Shown here: positions 63,805 through 64,000 of the stretch, piece by piece
Position numbering within the stretch: the first letter of the stretch is position 1
Layout: each line of letters starts with the position of its first letter
IMG/VR virus record: IMGVR_UViG_2627853630_000004
Coordinates: 1-64,000 of that record
Strand: one strand, 5' to 3'
Origin: a virus
Taxonomy: Duplodnaviria; Caudoviricetes
DNA length: 64,000 nucleotides
Made by a program: the position numbers and the translations under genes
Notes under the pieces: model-generated
Told to the model about the DNA's origin: nothing
The model's database searches: none
The model's input: only the letters and a program-made list of their open reading frames with translations

Positions 63805-64000
63805 GCGGATTGATTGATTTATCTCTGCTGCCTGCACCTGATGTCGTTGAAACACTGGACTACGAAACGTTGTATGCGGAACGCCGTGCGATGCTTATCG
63901 CTTTGTTTCCGGTCGAACAGCGTGATGCCATATCGCGCACGCTGATGCTGGAATCCGAGCCGTTAACCAAGTTGCTGCAACTGTCTGTCTATCATGAGTT
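63801..64000 (+). CDS. J: baseplate gpJ (partial, runs off the window)
   Basis: MSGLIDLSLLPAPDVVETLDYE...LESEPLTKLL. Confidence 0.88.
   Translation, partial: MSGLIDLSLLPAPDVVETLDYETLYAERRAMLIALFPVEQRDAISRTLMLESEPLTKLLQLSVYHE

Larger units (their letters stand above)
43230..64000. mobile_element. Prophage 2: P2-like prophage, truncated by the window end
   Basis: int-C-cox...A-cos-Q-P-O-N-M-L-X-lysis-R-S-V-W-J gene order. Confidence 0.95.

Overview
Enterobacterial chromosome segment made almost entirely of prophages stacked at one tRNA-Leu(UAA) (leuZ-type) attachment site; the intact tRNA gene should lie beyond the right edge, on the minus strand. From left to right: (i) 1-174 is the C-terminal end of a degenerate-looking integrase from an older element. 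(ii) ~279-43229 is an apparently complete ~42.9 kb temperate phage with lambdoid control (CI/Cro/YdaT-type CII, DnaB, Q-like gene, pinholin/SAR endolysin/spanins) and a contractile-tail structural module; it carries several morons, a tRNA(CAU) and a Serratia-type nuclease. (iii) 43230-64000 is the left ~21 kb of a P2-like prophage (int to baseplate J). The most striking unexplained signal is an RNA-level circuit in the early region of phage (ii). An exact 11-mer, AGGCAAGACCA, occurs 8 times, 6 of them directly against start codons and often preceded by hairpins with CYGACCA loops. A predicted ~125-nt minus-strand sRNA (perfect -10 box, intrinsic terminator) is complementary to both elements. 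One target is an uncalled 58-aa CsrA-like ORF. Separately, a 22-nt segment of the pL leader is complementary to a start-codon-sequestering hairpin of the Q operon, like a natural toehold switch. In the P2-like phage, the repressor C-terminus and the N-terminus of the adjacent membrane-anchored protein share an RVAGRDY motif, suggestive of homotypic or amyloid-type signalling. All product calls come from motif and synteny recognition by eye; no database searches were run.
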